Shown piece after piece: positions 46,886 to 55,744 of a stretch of DNA of 64,000 bases (positions are counted from its first letter, which is position 1; each line of letters starts with the position of its first letter). The stretch comes from a virus (Duplodnaviria; Caudoviricetes): the IMG/VR virus record IMGVR_UViG_3300037501_000255; one strand, written 5' to 3'. The position numbers were made by a program, and so were the translations under genes. The notes beneath the pieces are model-generated. The model was not told the DNA's origin. It saw only the letters and a list, made by a program, of their open reading frames with translations, and made no database searches.

Positions 46886-48454
46886 TCACTCAATGCCAGG
46901 TATATATTTGAGGTTCACAGGCTCATCCTCAAACCCCTCGTCCTCTTGTTGGGAAGGGACTGCTTTTGGCTGCTTCGGCTCAGGTTTCGCCGGAGACTTG
47001 GGTGCCGACTTGCCACTAATGCCCGAGGCCATCTCGCGGACTTCGTCACCCAATTGTTTCTGTTCAGTTGAGACGGGAGCGACCTCTGGCGGGGCTTCGG
47101 AGACAATATCCGGCTGTGTCTGCAGTCCGCCTCGAAGTTTTGGCAGGAGATCCTCAACCTTATTACTGGCATATCCAAATGCATCAATAAGCTTTGACTG
47201 CGCTTCCTGAATTTCAGGAAAGAAGCTGGCCATGCGTAATTTGTGCAACATAAGATCTATCTCTGCCAACGAGCGTACCAGATCGCGATTTTTCAAAACA
47301 GCACTTATATCGGTTAAACGCTTAATTGCCTCATCGAGAGCCACTTCGCGCTGTTCTGGTGGTACGGCCCCAAACTCGCGCTCAACAACCTTGATGGTCC
47401 CAACCTCAGGTATTGGAGGTTCGTCGGCCGCTATGGCAAACAGCTCAGCAGCCCCATCAGAGAAATTGAGCTTTTCAAGTATATTGGCTGTTTTGATGAT
47501 CGAGTCTTTCATAGAGCTAGCTAGACGTAATTTCCTGATACGCTTCCGCAACTCTGAAAGTGCTTCCTCAACAGCGTCAATTTGTTCCTGTTTAATGACT
47601 TTTCTATATTTTTCTAACAGCTTATCTATTGCAAAAACACGGCTCATTAGCTTATTGCGAGCAGTTTCAAAGTCAACCACGTACTGATCATCATATCCCC
47701 TATCAAGAGCAGGAAGCGACATCTCCGGCTCGGGCTGTGGTTCGGGGCGACTGAGTAGCTTGGGAATATAGTAGTATTGCCCATCTGATGCTATCTTATT
47801 TTTCATGGAAACCTCTCTGCGCAAAACACGCTCGCGTGCTCGAATCTGCTCATTAACATCATATTTTGAAAACTCATTTTTCATATGATAGTTAGCCCAC
47901 AATAGGAATTTATATTTCTCAGGCACAGATAGCGATGCGGCTACGCGTTCTAAGGCTGCATCTAACCGAAATCCGGTGCGGACCATATTTTGTATCTGCA
48001 CAAATAATGCCGCCCACTTGCCAATGTCATATGCCGCCTCGGGGGCGACTGGTCGACCACTGTTAGGATGAGCGGATTTCTGCAAGGAGTCGTGCCCATC
48101 AGCCCAATTCCTGGCAGCATTCTTGAAAGATTGTAGGCTTGTTAAATTGAGATCATCTCGATTATCGAAAAGGAACTTCTTAAAATCTGCGCGCTCCTCT
48201 TTTGACAGTGACGTTCCAAGCAAATCCTTGAGCAAATCATCTGCAAATAGATCGATGTAGAAAAAGATTGCAAAATCCTTATCGTTTGAGACGCCGGCCT
48301 CGGTAGCTTCACGATAGTGATCTATGGCACCCTGCCACAGCTCCTCGGTAATGCCAGACTTGACCATGGCTGCAAGTTTTTCAGCGGCGTACTCATTTAT
48401 TAGCCCATATGTGAGCGCCAATTCGATTTCGCTATCAAAATCAACGTCCGCCAC
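46886..48454 (-). CDS. Hypothetical head-region protein
   Basis: 522-aa helical ORF with QKSA and NKIA motifs and the degenerate helical motif IIKTANILEKLNFSDGAAEL. Confidence 0.65.
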   Translation of the reverse strand: MADVDFDSEIELALTYGLINEYAAEKLAAMVKSGITEELWQGAIDHYREATEAGVSNDKDFAIFFYIDLFADDLLKDLLGTSLSKEERADFKKFLFDNRDDLNLTSLQSFKNAARNWADGHDSLQKSAHPNSGRPVAPEAAYDIGKWAALFVQIQNMVRTGFRLDAALERVAASLSVPEKYKFLLWANYHMKNEFSKYDVNEQIRARERVLRREVSMKNKIASDGQYYYIPKLLSRPEPQPEPEMSLPALDRGYDDQYVVDFETARNKLMSRVFAIDKLLEKYRKVIKQEQIDAVEEALSELRKRIRKLRLASSMKDSIIKTANILEKLNFSDGAAELFAIAADEPPIPEVGTIKVVEREFGAVPPEQREVALDEAIKRLTDISAVLKNRDLVRSLAEIDLMLHKLRMASFFPEIQEAQSKLIDAFGYASNKVEDLLPKLRGGLQTQPDIVSEAPPEVAPVSTEQKQLGDEVREMASGISGKSAPKSPAKPEPKQPKAVPSQQEDEGFEDEPVNLKYIPGIE

Positions 48455-49154
48455 TAATCACCGCCTCGCCAAGCATATGTCCGGTTACACTACCACCGTA
48501 CTCTAATGTTTTCATATTCCTATTTAGATTGTCCATAAACTTTATGGCCAAATCAGGAGAGGTTTCCTCCAACGATTTTCGTACAGAATCTCGAATTACA
48601 CTTATCTGATCATTCATAATGTTGATATTTATATTATGTTCAACAGACTCGGAGTAGCCCTCAACGTACTTCTTATAGCTCTCCAGTAGTTTAATCAACT
48701 GATCTATGTAGCCTTGAAATACTCGCTCTTCGCGTGAGTTTGGAAATTCATAGTTAGAAAGAAGATTGTAGAAGTGCTCTATACGAGCCTCGAGTAGAGA
48801 GAATGCCTTCAGAATTTCCTTCTGAACATCGAGCTTCCCATCGACAATTGCATTTATTTTCTTCTGATAAGCCGATGAGCCTGCGACGTTTTCGCGCCCC
48901 TCATTAAGGCGTTGTGCTGCAAGAGCCTCGGTGGCCGCCGCGCGCACATCACGCGCAATTTGCCCATCAAGATCAAGATAGTTTTTTTTGAAATTCTGTA
49001 TTGTAGAAAAGCTAACACGCAGGTGCGCATTCTCTGTACCAGGGTATTTAAGCCGCAAAAACTCGGCCACGTCGCGTACGGGAGTACCATTTACCAATTG
49101 AGATATGATCTCTTCTTTGTCCGGATGTTGTAGTAATTTATTCTGGGGGCTCAT
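48441..49154 (-). CDS. HTH plus coiled-coil protein, possible small terminase subunit
   Basis: HPDKEEIISQLVNGTPVRDVAEFL...VSFSTIQNFKK is an N-terminal HTH followed by coiled helices, the architecture typical of TerS. Confidence 0.4.
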   Translation of the reverse strand: MSPQNKLLQHPDKEEIISQLVNGTPVRDVAEFLRLKYPGTENAHLRVSFSTIQNFKKNYLDLDGQIARDVRAAATEALAAQRLNEGRENVAGSSAYQKKINAIVDGKLDVQKEILKAFSLLEARIEHFYNLLSNYEFPNSREERVFQGYIDQLIKLLESYKKYVEGYSESVEHNININIMNDQISVIRDSVRKSLEETSPDLAIKFMDNLNRNMKTLEYGGSVTGHMLGEAVISGGR

Positions 49155-49163
49155 ATTTGCTCC

Positions 49164-49206
49164 AAAAAATAAGAGGGGCGCTGCCTATATGTACAGCCCG
49201 CCCCTC
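49164..49206 (-). terminator. Rho-independent terminator
   Basis: GAGGGGCG/CGCCCCTC stem (49173-49180/49199-49206) followed by TTATTTTTT on the minus strand. Confidence 0.7.
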
Positions 49207-49224
49207 ATAAACATCGAAGATGTC

Positions 49225-50496
49225 TCACTTTCTCCTAGACAATGCTCCGGCACCCTCGAAAATGCGTGAAGGCGGCGCATACTGGGAGAAGGTAGGCGTC
49301 TGGTGCTTAATACTGCCGCCTGCACGCGGAGTGCCGCTAGCATCAGTGAAGCCATGCTGAAAATCGTACACTTTATTGGTGACGACATCCTGGTATACAC
49401 CATCTGATATGCGCTTCATCATCACGCCGGGCATATCAGGCGAGTAGCGAGTCTGAGACACTGCGGTGCCCTGATGAGTTTGTAGATGATGATTCTCGCG
49501 ATTCTCTTCCACTTCACGCTTGGTCTTTTCATGCATTGTTTCTTCATTATGTGCTTTGAAATCGTACAAATCTTTGCGCGTCACATTTAGTGATGGGTAC
49601 TGATCTGCTGCGGCGACAATAACCCGCTCTACGATATCAGCAGCCTCTGTATAGCCTTCAGCATCTAACTTGTCGGCTACCTTCACCATATCAGATAGCA
49701 ACTCTGCGCGACTGCCTAGACCCATCCAACGCTTGAGTTTTTCATCCCAGGTCTCAGCATGTGTGCCGGAAGCCCGCGGCGGCTCAGCGCGAGTTCCCTT
49801 GGGAGCATATTTGCTAGGTGGCTGTGGAGGATTTTGCATAAGCTCACCTACACCTTCAGGAGAAAGAACTTTAACGGTCGGCTGTTTGCGTGTTAAATCG
49901 GGGCCAGCCGGGGCTGGAGCTGGTAGTGCCGGCGGTACAAGACCCCCTGCAACGTCACCCTGCATTAGTGCCTCAGTAGCCGATGTATCTTCAACCACTT
50001 CTTGTGGTTTGTTAGCAAGAGGAGGAATTCCTTCGACTGGAGCAGGGATTTCGCGTCCATAGGACTGTTGCCGACGCTCGCGCTCGGCTTCCTCGACAAT
50101 GTCTGCCCATGATTGCTCTGCAGCAGCAGGTGCTGCTTCACCAGGCATTTCTACAGGAGTAGTTTCTCCGGGAGGTTCAGCTGGGATAAGCGGATTCTCG
50201 CCGCGCCCGCGCTGCTTTTCAAGCCCTGCAAGCTGACGTGTTAATTGAGCGTGGCCATCCTTAAGCTGTAGAAGGCGCCATTTTAGACCGCGCGGAATCT
50301 TCCCACTGTCCAGAGTTGCATCCAAAAAATCCTTTAGTTTCGCATTAAATTCCGCAACTTCTTCGGGCGTCATTACTGTGACGCGACGTGCTGCATGAGC
50401 CTGCAGGACGCCCTCAAGCGCAGCAGCGGCCTGTTTGGCCGCAGGACTCTCAACATTATTCAAAATGCTCGCAGTCTTAGATAAAAAATCAAGCAT
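49225..50496 (-). CDS. Hypothetical head-region protein
   Basis: SKTA at the N-terminus, MVKVADKLDAEGYTEAADIVE motif, and Pro/Ala-rich middle. Confidence 0.65.
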   Translation of the reverse strand: MLDFLSKTASILNNVESPAAKQAAAALEGVLQAHAARRVTVMTPEEVAEFNAKLKDFLDATLDSGKIPRGLKWRLLQLKDGHAQLTRQLAGLEKQRGRGENPLIPAEPPGETTPVEMPGEAAPAAAEQSWADIVEEAERERRQQSYGREIPAPVEGIPPLANKPQEVVEDTSATEALMQGDVAGGLVPPALPAPAPAGPDLTRKQPTVKVLSPEGVGELMQNPPQPPSKYAPKGTRAEPPRASGTHAETWDEKLKRWMGLGSRAELLSDMVKVADKLDAEGYTEAADIVERVIVAAADQYPSLNVTRKDLYDFKAHNEETMHEKTKREVEENRENHHLQTHQGTAVSQTRYSPDMPGVMMKRISDGVYQDVVTNKVYDFQHGFTDASGTPRAGGSIKHQTPTFSQYAPPSRIFEGAGALSRRK

Positions 50497-50504
50497 CAGC
50501 CACC

Positions 50505-52049
50505 TCAGTCTTCTGGAATAAGATACATGAGTGTGCTGCTCATTTTTATTCGATCCTCAACATTCTTTGCTCGCTCACCCGCCTCAGCAATCATTTGCTC
50601 AATTGGAGTTACAGAGCTGGTGTTAGAACCAGCAGCATTACTAAGTATATCTGATAAATCGGTAAATGCTGCGCGGTGGAATTCTGGTCCGTATTGCTCC
50701 GCTATGACAGCCATAGCATCTTCGGCTTCAACAAAATTTCCATATGCAGCATTCTTGATAACGTAAGCGTACAAATCTCTGTAGGCCCAACCTGATTTAT
50801 TAGAAAATGCAGCATTGAACACGCCACTGTCTGCAGCAGATGCAAATCTATTTAGAGATTGCGTATCGAATGATTCTACTGTAGTGCCGGAAGTAAATAC
50901 ACTTGGCATTAATACTTGGCCGCTGACAATCTCTACAGGAACCTGAATCGTCTTTTTACCGCCCGAACCAATGAGAGAGGTCGAGATTACCATTCCACTA
51001 TCAAACTCTGAATCAACAGCAAGGCGCTCGATGCGCAACCCTGCTGCACGAATATTGTCAGCCACCACGGTTTTGGCTGTCACTACGACATTCTTGTCGT
51101 ACGAGAGGCCTGCCTCGACCAGGGCATCCCTCAGCTCCGGGGTTACCATGCCAGTCAATGAATCCGGAAGTTCGGTAAAAGTCACCTCGTCGGCTGCGCT
51201 CAAGCCCTCAGAGACAGTCTGATATAATGACGGAGAGGCTAGCGCAATCTCGTCGCCGCTCGCAGTTTTTACCGAAAGCTCTTTACGTTCGGCATTTGCA
51301 ACCGCAGCCAGGCCGGCAAGCAATTTCTGTGGGGACGCTAGACGCACAGTTCCGTTTTGAAGGTCCCCAGCATAAGCTAGCAGGTTATCCTTAGTCATCT
51401 CGACAAATCCCTTATCAGAAGCAAATACGCTCGGCATAAGAGCCGAGCCTTGCTTTATTTCTACTGGAACGTACGTAGTAAATCTTCCAATCGGGCTATC
51501 TGCCTGGACTGAAAACATCAGGAAGCCATCTGTCCTCCCAATAACTTCCACTGCTGGGCTACCAAAACCCATAGAAGCAAAGTGGATCTTCAAACTATCA
51601 CGCCCAGCTGTTACAGTACGATCTCCCGCTACTTCGGTATTGCCCCATAATGAAGCAAATTCTCCGACGAGATTGTCATCAGCGAGTTTGAGGACATCAT
51701 CGGAATCTCTGCGACTGGCAGTGAAATCGGTGTTGTAGTGAGCAACCGCCTCTGGCGCAGCGGTAATCAGTAGGTCTCCCAGTAATTCACGGAACGCCGT
51801 CTTATTACCTAAAGCACACACATCATCATATAATGATTGAAACTGCTTCTGGGTAATGGTTGCTAAACTACCCTCTTTCTCTATGCGGCGGCGCAACGCC
51901 ACTTGGGCTGTACGAATTGCGGCGTCATGCGGCAACACTGTAGCAGCGTCATCCAGGCGCCCCAAAACTGTCGATATAAAGTATTCTTTACCAGTCAATA
52001 CATGATTTGCCAGACTGAGCAATTGTGCCAGATCTACTGTTTGAGACAT
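50505..52049 (-). CDS. Hypothetical protein with an internal domain duplication
   Basis: YVPVEIKQGSALMPSVF and QVPVEIVSGQVLMPSVF occur about 180 aa apart. Confidence 0.65.
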   Translation of the reverse strand: MSQTVDLAQLLSLANHVLTGKEYFISTVLGRLDDAATVLPHDAAIRTAQVALRRRIEKEGSLATITQKQFQSLYDDVCALGNKTAFRELLGDLLITAAPEAVAHYNTDFTASRRDSDDVLKLADDNLVGEFASLWGNTEVAGDRTVTAGRDSLKIHFASMGFGSPAVEVIGRTDGFLMFSVQADSPIGRFTTYVPVEIKQGSALMPSVFASDKGFVEMTKDNLLAYAGDLQNGTVRLASPQKLLAGLAAVANAERKELSVKTASGDEIALASPSLYQTVSEGLSAADEVTFTELPDSLTGMVTPELRDALVEAGLSYDKNVVVTAKTVVADNIRAAGLRIERLAVDSEFDSGMVISTSLIGSGGKKTIQVPVEIVSGQVLMPSVFTSGTTVESFDTQSLNRFASAADSGVFNAAFSNKSGWAYRDLYAYVIKNAAYGNFVEAEDAMAVIAEQYGPEFHRAAFTDLSDILSNAAGSNTSSVTPIEQMIAEAGERAKNVEDRIKMSSTLMYLIPED

Positions 52050-52050
52050 A

Positions 52051-52551
52051 TTATTCCTCGCTATTTGTCTTTAGCTCTGAGACAACCTCTGTCATATGCA
52101 GCGGTAGCCCCTTAAGCACTTGCCGTACGAACTCAGGTTCGGCGGTCTTTGCTTGTAAAAATGCGGCAAACTGCTCAGCCTCATCTGGTACAAACTTAAA
52201 CTCTTCAGATGCAAAGCGCTTGAGCGGAAAACCCTTAAAACTGAGGGTTATATTCTTGCGATCTCGATCGCAAATAGCGGTCCAGTCGGACGAGGCCGTT
52301 GTTTTGATTTCTGCGGGTTGCTCGTTTTCGGAGGTTTTCACAGGCATATTTTCATACATCGCATAAAGATATTTGTTGCCATCTTCTCCGTCGCGGAGCT
52401 CCCAAAGCTGCTCGGAACCATCCAGAGGCTTGTATACGTCCCAAGCTACTTTACGGAAGCCGCTCCGCACTTCTTCCCAAGCAAGGCGCTGAGTGTCACG
52501 TTTCGGCTCAACAACATCAGCAAGGCGAGCCCAATCAAAATCAGCAGACAT
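52051..52551 (-). CDS. Hypothetical protein
   Basis: GGAGG RBS; co-oriented 166-aa ORF. Confidence 0.65.
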   Translation of the reverse strand: MSADFDWARLADVVEPKRDTQRLAWEEVRSGFRKVAWDVYKPLDGSEQLWELRDGEDGNKYLYAMYENMPVKTSENEQPAEIKTTASSDWTAICDRDRKNITLSFKGFPLKRFASEEFKFVPDEAEQFAAFLQAKTAEPEFVRQVLKGLPLHMTEVVSELKTNSEE

Positions 52552-52627
52552 CCGTCCTCCAAATAGAATAAGATCAAATTATGTAGTTGGTTATTGATAG
52601 ATGGGCCGCTGTCATAAATATATACAG

Positions 52628-53248
52628 TCAGCCCTTTCCGTGCTTCAAATATTTGTAAATCTCGTCCATGTCATCGGCAACCTTGGAAATCTTATCTTCC
52701 AACCAGTCATCCATCTTATGACCATCACGAAAATGTTCTGAGACCGTTTTTGCTATAAAAATCGCCTGTTCGAGTATGGCCCTTGTATTTTGATGAGACA
52801 TGTAATCAATATCCTCATGGTCCTCGGTCTTCATCTCACCACAGGCGCAGGCTGCAATTTTTACGAGTCGCGCGGTCCTGCGGGCTGCCAACGATTTGAA
52901 ATCTAAGTTGAACATAAAATCCTCCAGTCCTGTTCGTAGGTCTACAGGCTCCTCATCTGCGCTGTGCGTTTTAGTTTTAGCTGGACCTTCGGATCGCTTC
53001 CGCCTCAAGTCTACAAGGAGTTCGTGTAGGGCACGCCGGTCCCTCTTTAAATCAACATAGCGTCTAAGCAAATCTCCGGCTGCACGAAGAAACTCTTTCT
53101 CTGGAAGCTTAATTCTATGGCGAGTTCCAGGCTCAACCTCAGACGGAATCGTTACGTGGCGCAACTTCTCGATTTCAGAATTTAAAGCCATCATCTCGCT
53201 ATCTGTCTTAGATAACTCCAATTCGACATCTTCTAATGTATTTTTCAT
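52628..53248 (-). CDS. Hypothetical coiled-coil protein
   Basis: AGGAG RBS; VKIA motif before a small C-terminal helical domain. Confidence 0.65.
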   Translation of the reverse strand: MKNTLEDVELELSKTDSEMMALNSEIEKLRHVTIPSEVEPGTRHRIKLPEKEFLRAAGDLLRRYVDLKRDRRALHELLVDLRRKRSEGPAKTKTHSADEEPVDLRTGLEDFMFNLDFKSLAARRTARLVKIAACACGEMKTEDHEDIDYMSHQNTRAILEQAIFIAKTVSEHFRDGHKMDDWLEDKISKVADDMDEIYKYLKHGKG

Positions 53249-53257
53249 ATAAAACTC

Positions 53258-54095
53258 CTAAGTTAAATACTTCCACCCCATGCCACCGTGAGTATGCGCC
53301 TTTCCCTGACAACACAATATCACGCGAGCCTAGCTAAAACCATCCTCAGCAACTTGCTTGGTCCTATCATAAGTCTTGATCAAATCACCGGTCTCCAAAT
53401 TAAACGAGCTTAGGTTTCAAAGCCCGCAGAGCCTCGCGCATTTCCGGCGTATGACCCTTACCACGGCGACCCTCTGAAAGCTTCTTGCGAGTCTCATCAG
53501 AGATTTCCTTAACTACCCGATTTAAATCTTCGCTATTCTCATACTCCCAAGTAAACCCTGATAAGACGGCATCACGCCCTTGCAACAGCGAATTACGGCA
53601 GAATTCTTCCAGCCTAACTTTGCCGCATCACCGATTGTCTCAAAGCGATGACGAATCTCCCCGCTCGCAGGATCTTTCGCCACAACAGGCTTATTATTCC
53701 CTGCTTTAATATTGGCATTTCGTAATAGGGCGCAGGTTTCATCCGTAACTTCACGCGTCAAGCCAGTACATCCTGCGGATATTTTTGCTCTAGATCTTTC
53801 AGTATGCTTACGTCCCTTCATAGGTGCAGCTGGATCAGAATAGATGTTAAAAGATGGATTATCCTGATCAATATAGAATTTCTCCCGCATCAATAAATCG
53901 GCAGTGTCGCATTCCTCAACTATTGAGAAATCAAATGCGACACTGCTATGCTTATCACAAGACCTTTGTAGATACATATTTGCATGTGTTGATTTACGAA
54001 GATTCCACCTATGCCGGCGCTATATCCTGAGATGACCCGATATACGTATCGCCAGTAACGGTATTTGTGATCCGGTAGATTCCAATTTTCTTCAT
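53258..54095 (-). pseudogene. Decayed GIY-YIG/NUMOD3/NUMOD1 homing endonuclease
   Basis: Fragments in different frames: MKKIGIYRITNTVTGDTYIGSSQDI / RHRWNLRKSTHANMYLQ...CCKGVMPSYQG / FTWEYEN...KPKLV / NLETGDLIKTY...GFS*ARVILCCQGKAHTHGGMGWKYLT*. This implies three frameshifts and one in-frame TAG. Confidence 0.85.
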
Positions 54096-54520
54096 ACACT
54101 TCCTGTTTTAATTTCAGTTATACGTTTAATAATAAAGCTGATACGCTCATCCTCATCGCAAATCTTCTTAATCTTCTTTAGTGCTCCGCCATATCTCTTT
54201 CCACCATTCTTATAGTCTAAATTTCCTGATGTGGTCTTGTGGATCGTAGGTTGGCACAGCCCAAGTCGGACGGCGACTTCGGTCTGGGTTAGTCCATGAT
54301 AGTACAGCAAAGTCATTACTTCCCGCTGGCGGTCGGTCAGGCGTGTTTCTATAATCTCTTTGATTCTTGTATTTAGCTCATCTATCAGATCCAGCAACTC
54401 ATCTGTTCTCTGATAATCGCTACTATATAGCCCGTCGGCTTCACAGAAATTGCCCAATAATGACGGCTCTAGACTAACTTCCCTATACTTAAACTGGATA
54501 GGATCGCTTTTTGATGCCAC
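54092..54520 (-). CDS. Sigma-70 region-4-type HTH transcription regulator
   Basis: LTDRQREVMTLLYYHGLTQTEVAVRLGLCQPTIHK. No sigma region 2 is visible, so it is not a full sigma factor. Confidence 0.75.
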   Translation of the reverse strand: MASKSDPIQFKYREVSLEPSLLGNFCEADGLYSSDYQRTDELLDLIDELNTRIKEIIETRLTDRQREVMTLLYYHGLTQTEVAVRLGLCQPTIHKTTSGNLDYKNGGKRYGGALKKIKKICDEDERISFIIKRITEIKTGSV

Positions 54521-54576
54521 ATTCTACTCCAAACCCATTCTGCCATCTGGGTAATAATAAATTACCAATAGATACA

Positions 54577-54616
54577 GAAAAATCCATATATTTCTATGGA
54601 TACATCCTTGCGGATG
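54577..54616 (-). terminator. Tandem hairpins after the primase gene, terminator-like
   Basis: On the minus strand CATCC-GCAA-GGATG is followed by ATCCATA-GAAATA-TATGGAT and then TTTT. Confidence 0.5.
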
Positions 54617-55381
54617 TTATTTGGCGTACTTGTAGTCCAGAAAAGCGTCTATGTCTTTAAATCTGGGCGGAGCGCGTTTCTCAGCTAGCGTGATGCCGGG
54701 CCTCTTTAGTTCCAATGCCCGATTCAGAGCTTTAGTGCCCGCCTCATCATTGTCAAATCCCAGATATATATTCTCTGTATACCGCGCTAATTGCGCCAGG
54801 TGCTCTAATTTAACGAATGCCCCTGCAGTGGCTACAGCCGTATCTATACCATGCTGATGGCATTTAATTACGTCAAGTATGCCCTCAACAATAAGTGCTT
54901 TATTCTTAGCTCGGATGTTTTCTTTGGCAAGATGCATGCCATATAACGTCGTATGCTTGGGGTAGTCGCTATTATCATATTTGTGGATACCCAAGGCTTC
55001 CCTCTCAGCCTCGGTACCTAAAAATCTACCCATAATACCTAATGGGCTACCGTAAGAGTCGTAAATCGGAGACACAAAGCGGTAATGATCTCGGAATTTG
55101 CAAATGCCTTTGCCATCAAAAGGAGATACCCAAGCAATTTTTAGCTGCTTGAGAATCTCTGTGTCAACATTATTGACGATATTCTTTAAATTCTGAGGAA
55201 ATGCGCCAAGGCGAAAACGCCTTATAGTCTCGTCAGTCAACCGCCTCGTACGCGACAGGTATGTATAAACCTCATCATCTGTACTGAGATTGTTGTGACA
55301 TTCATTGATAATGAATTCAAGAGTTGCGGCCCTTTCAGAATCAAGCATTACCGTCCTCGGAGTCGGGCTTAGTGGAGGCAT
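54617..55381 (-). CDS. dnaG: DnaG-type primase catalytic core (TOPRIM) lacking the CHC2 Zn-binding domain
   Basis: YLSRTRRLTDETIRRFRLG, PIYDSYG..LGIMGR, KYDNS, LIVEGILDV, YLGFDNDEAG and FKDIDAF. Confidence 0.82.
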   Translation of the reverse strand: MPPLSPTPRTVMLDSERAATLEFIINECHNNLSTDDEVYTYLSRTRRLTDETIRRFRLGAFPQNLKNIVNNVDTEILKQLKIAWVSPFDGKGICKFRDHYRFVSPIYDSYGSPLGIMGRFLGTEAEREALGIHKYDNSDYPKHTTLYGMHLAKENIRAKNKALIVEGILDVIKCHQHGIDTAVATAGAFVKLEHLAQLARYTENIYLGFDNDEAGTKALNRALELKRPGITLAEKRAPPRFKDIDAFLDYKYAK

Positions 55382-55706
55382 ACTCTCCGCCCATCTCCTT
55401 CATAGCAAGGATGAACGAAGGGTGGACATCCAGCTGTTTATCGCACTTGCGGCACGTCGCGATTGTAACTCCCCCAGATAACGTCTTGAGGAGGGGCTTT
55501 CCGCTGTGCCCGCAAGCTTTGCATTTAATCAAAACGCCGGACTTTGGAGCACGACGTATTTGCCCCATGGACTGTAGGGCCTTTTTTGTTGTTTGTGGGA
55601 TATCTATTGCTTCACCGCACGTATTGCATGTAACCTCATTCGAGGCCGAATCCAATAAATGGTGGTCTTGAGAATAGCATCCCTTATGTGTACATTGAAT
55701 TAACAT
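55341..55706 (-). CDS. Double Zn-ribbon protein
   Basis: Cys pairs CTHKGC, CNTC, CKAC and CRKC. Confidence 0.65.
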   Translation of the reverse strand: MLIQCTHKGCYSQDHHLLDSASNEVTCNTCGEAIDIPQTTKKALQSMGQIRRAPKSGVLIKCKACGHSGKPLLKTLSGGVTIATCRKCDKQLDVHPSFILAMKEMGGEYASTKPDSEDGNA

Positions 55707-55744
55707 TTATCACTCCTAGCTGAGCAGTGGCTCGTAGCTGATAT

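Noticed and set aside
54092-54520. Complete phage sigma factor
   Set aside because: Only a region-4 HTH is recognisable in 142 aa; no region 2 is seen.
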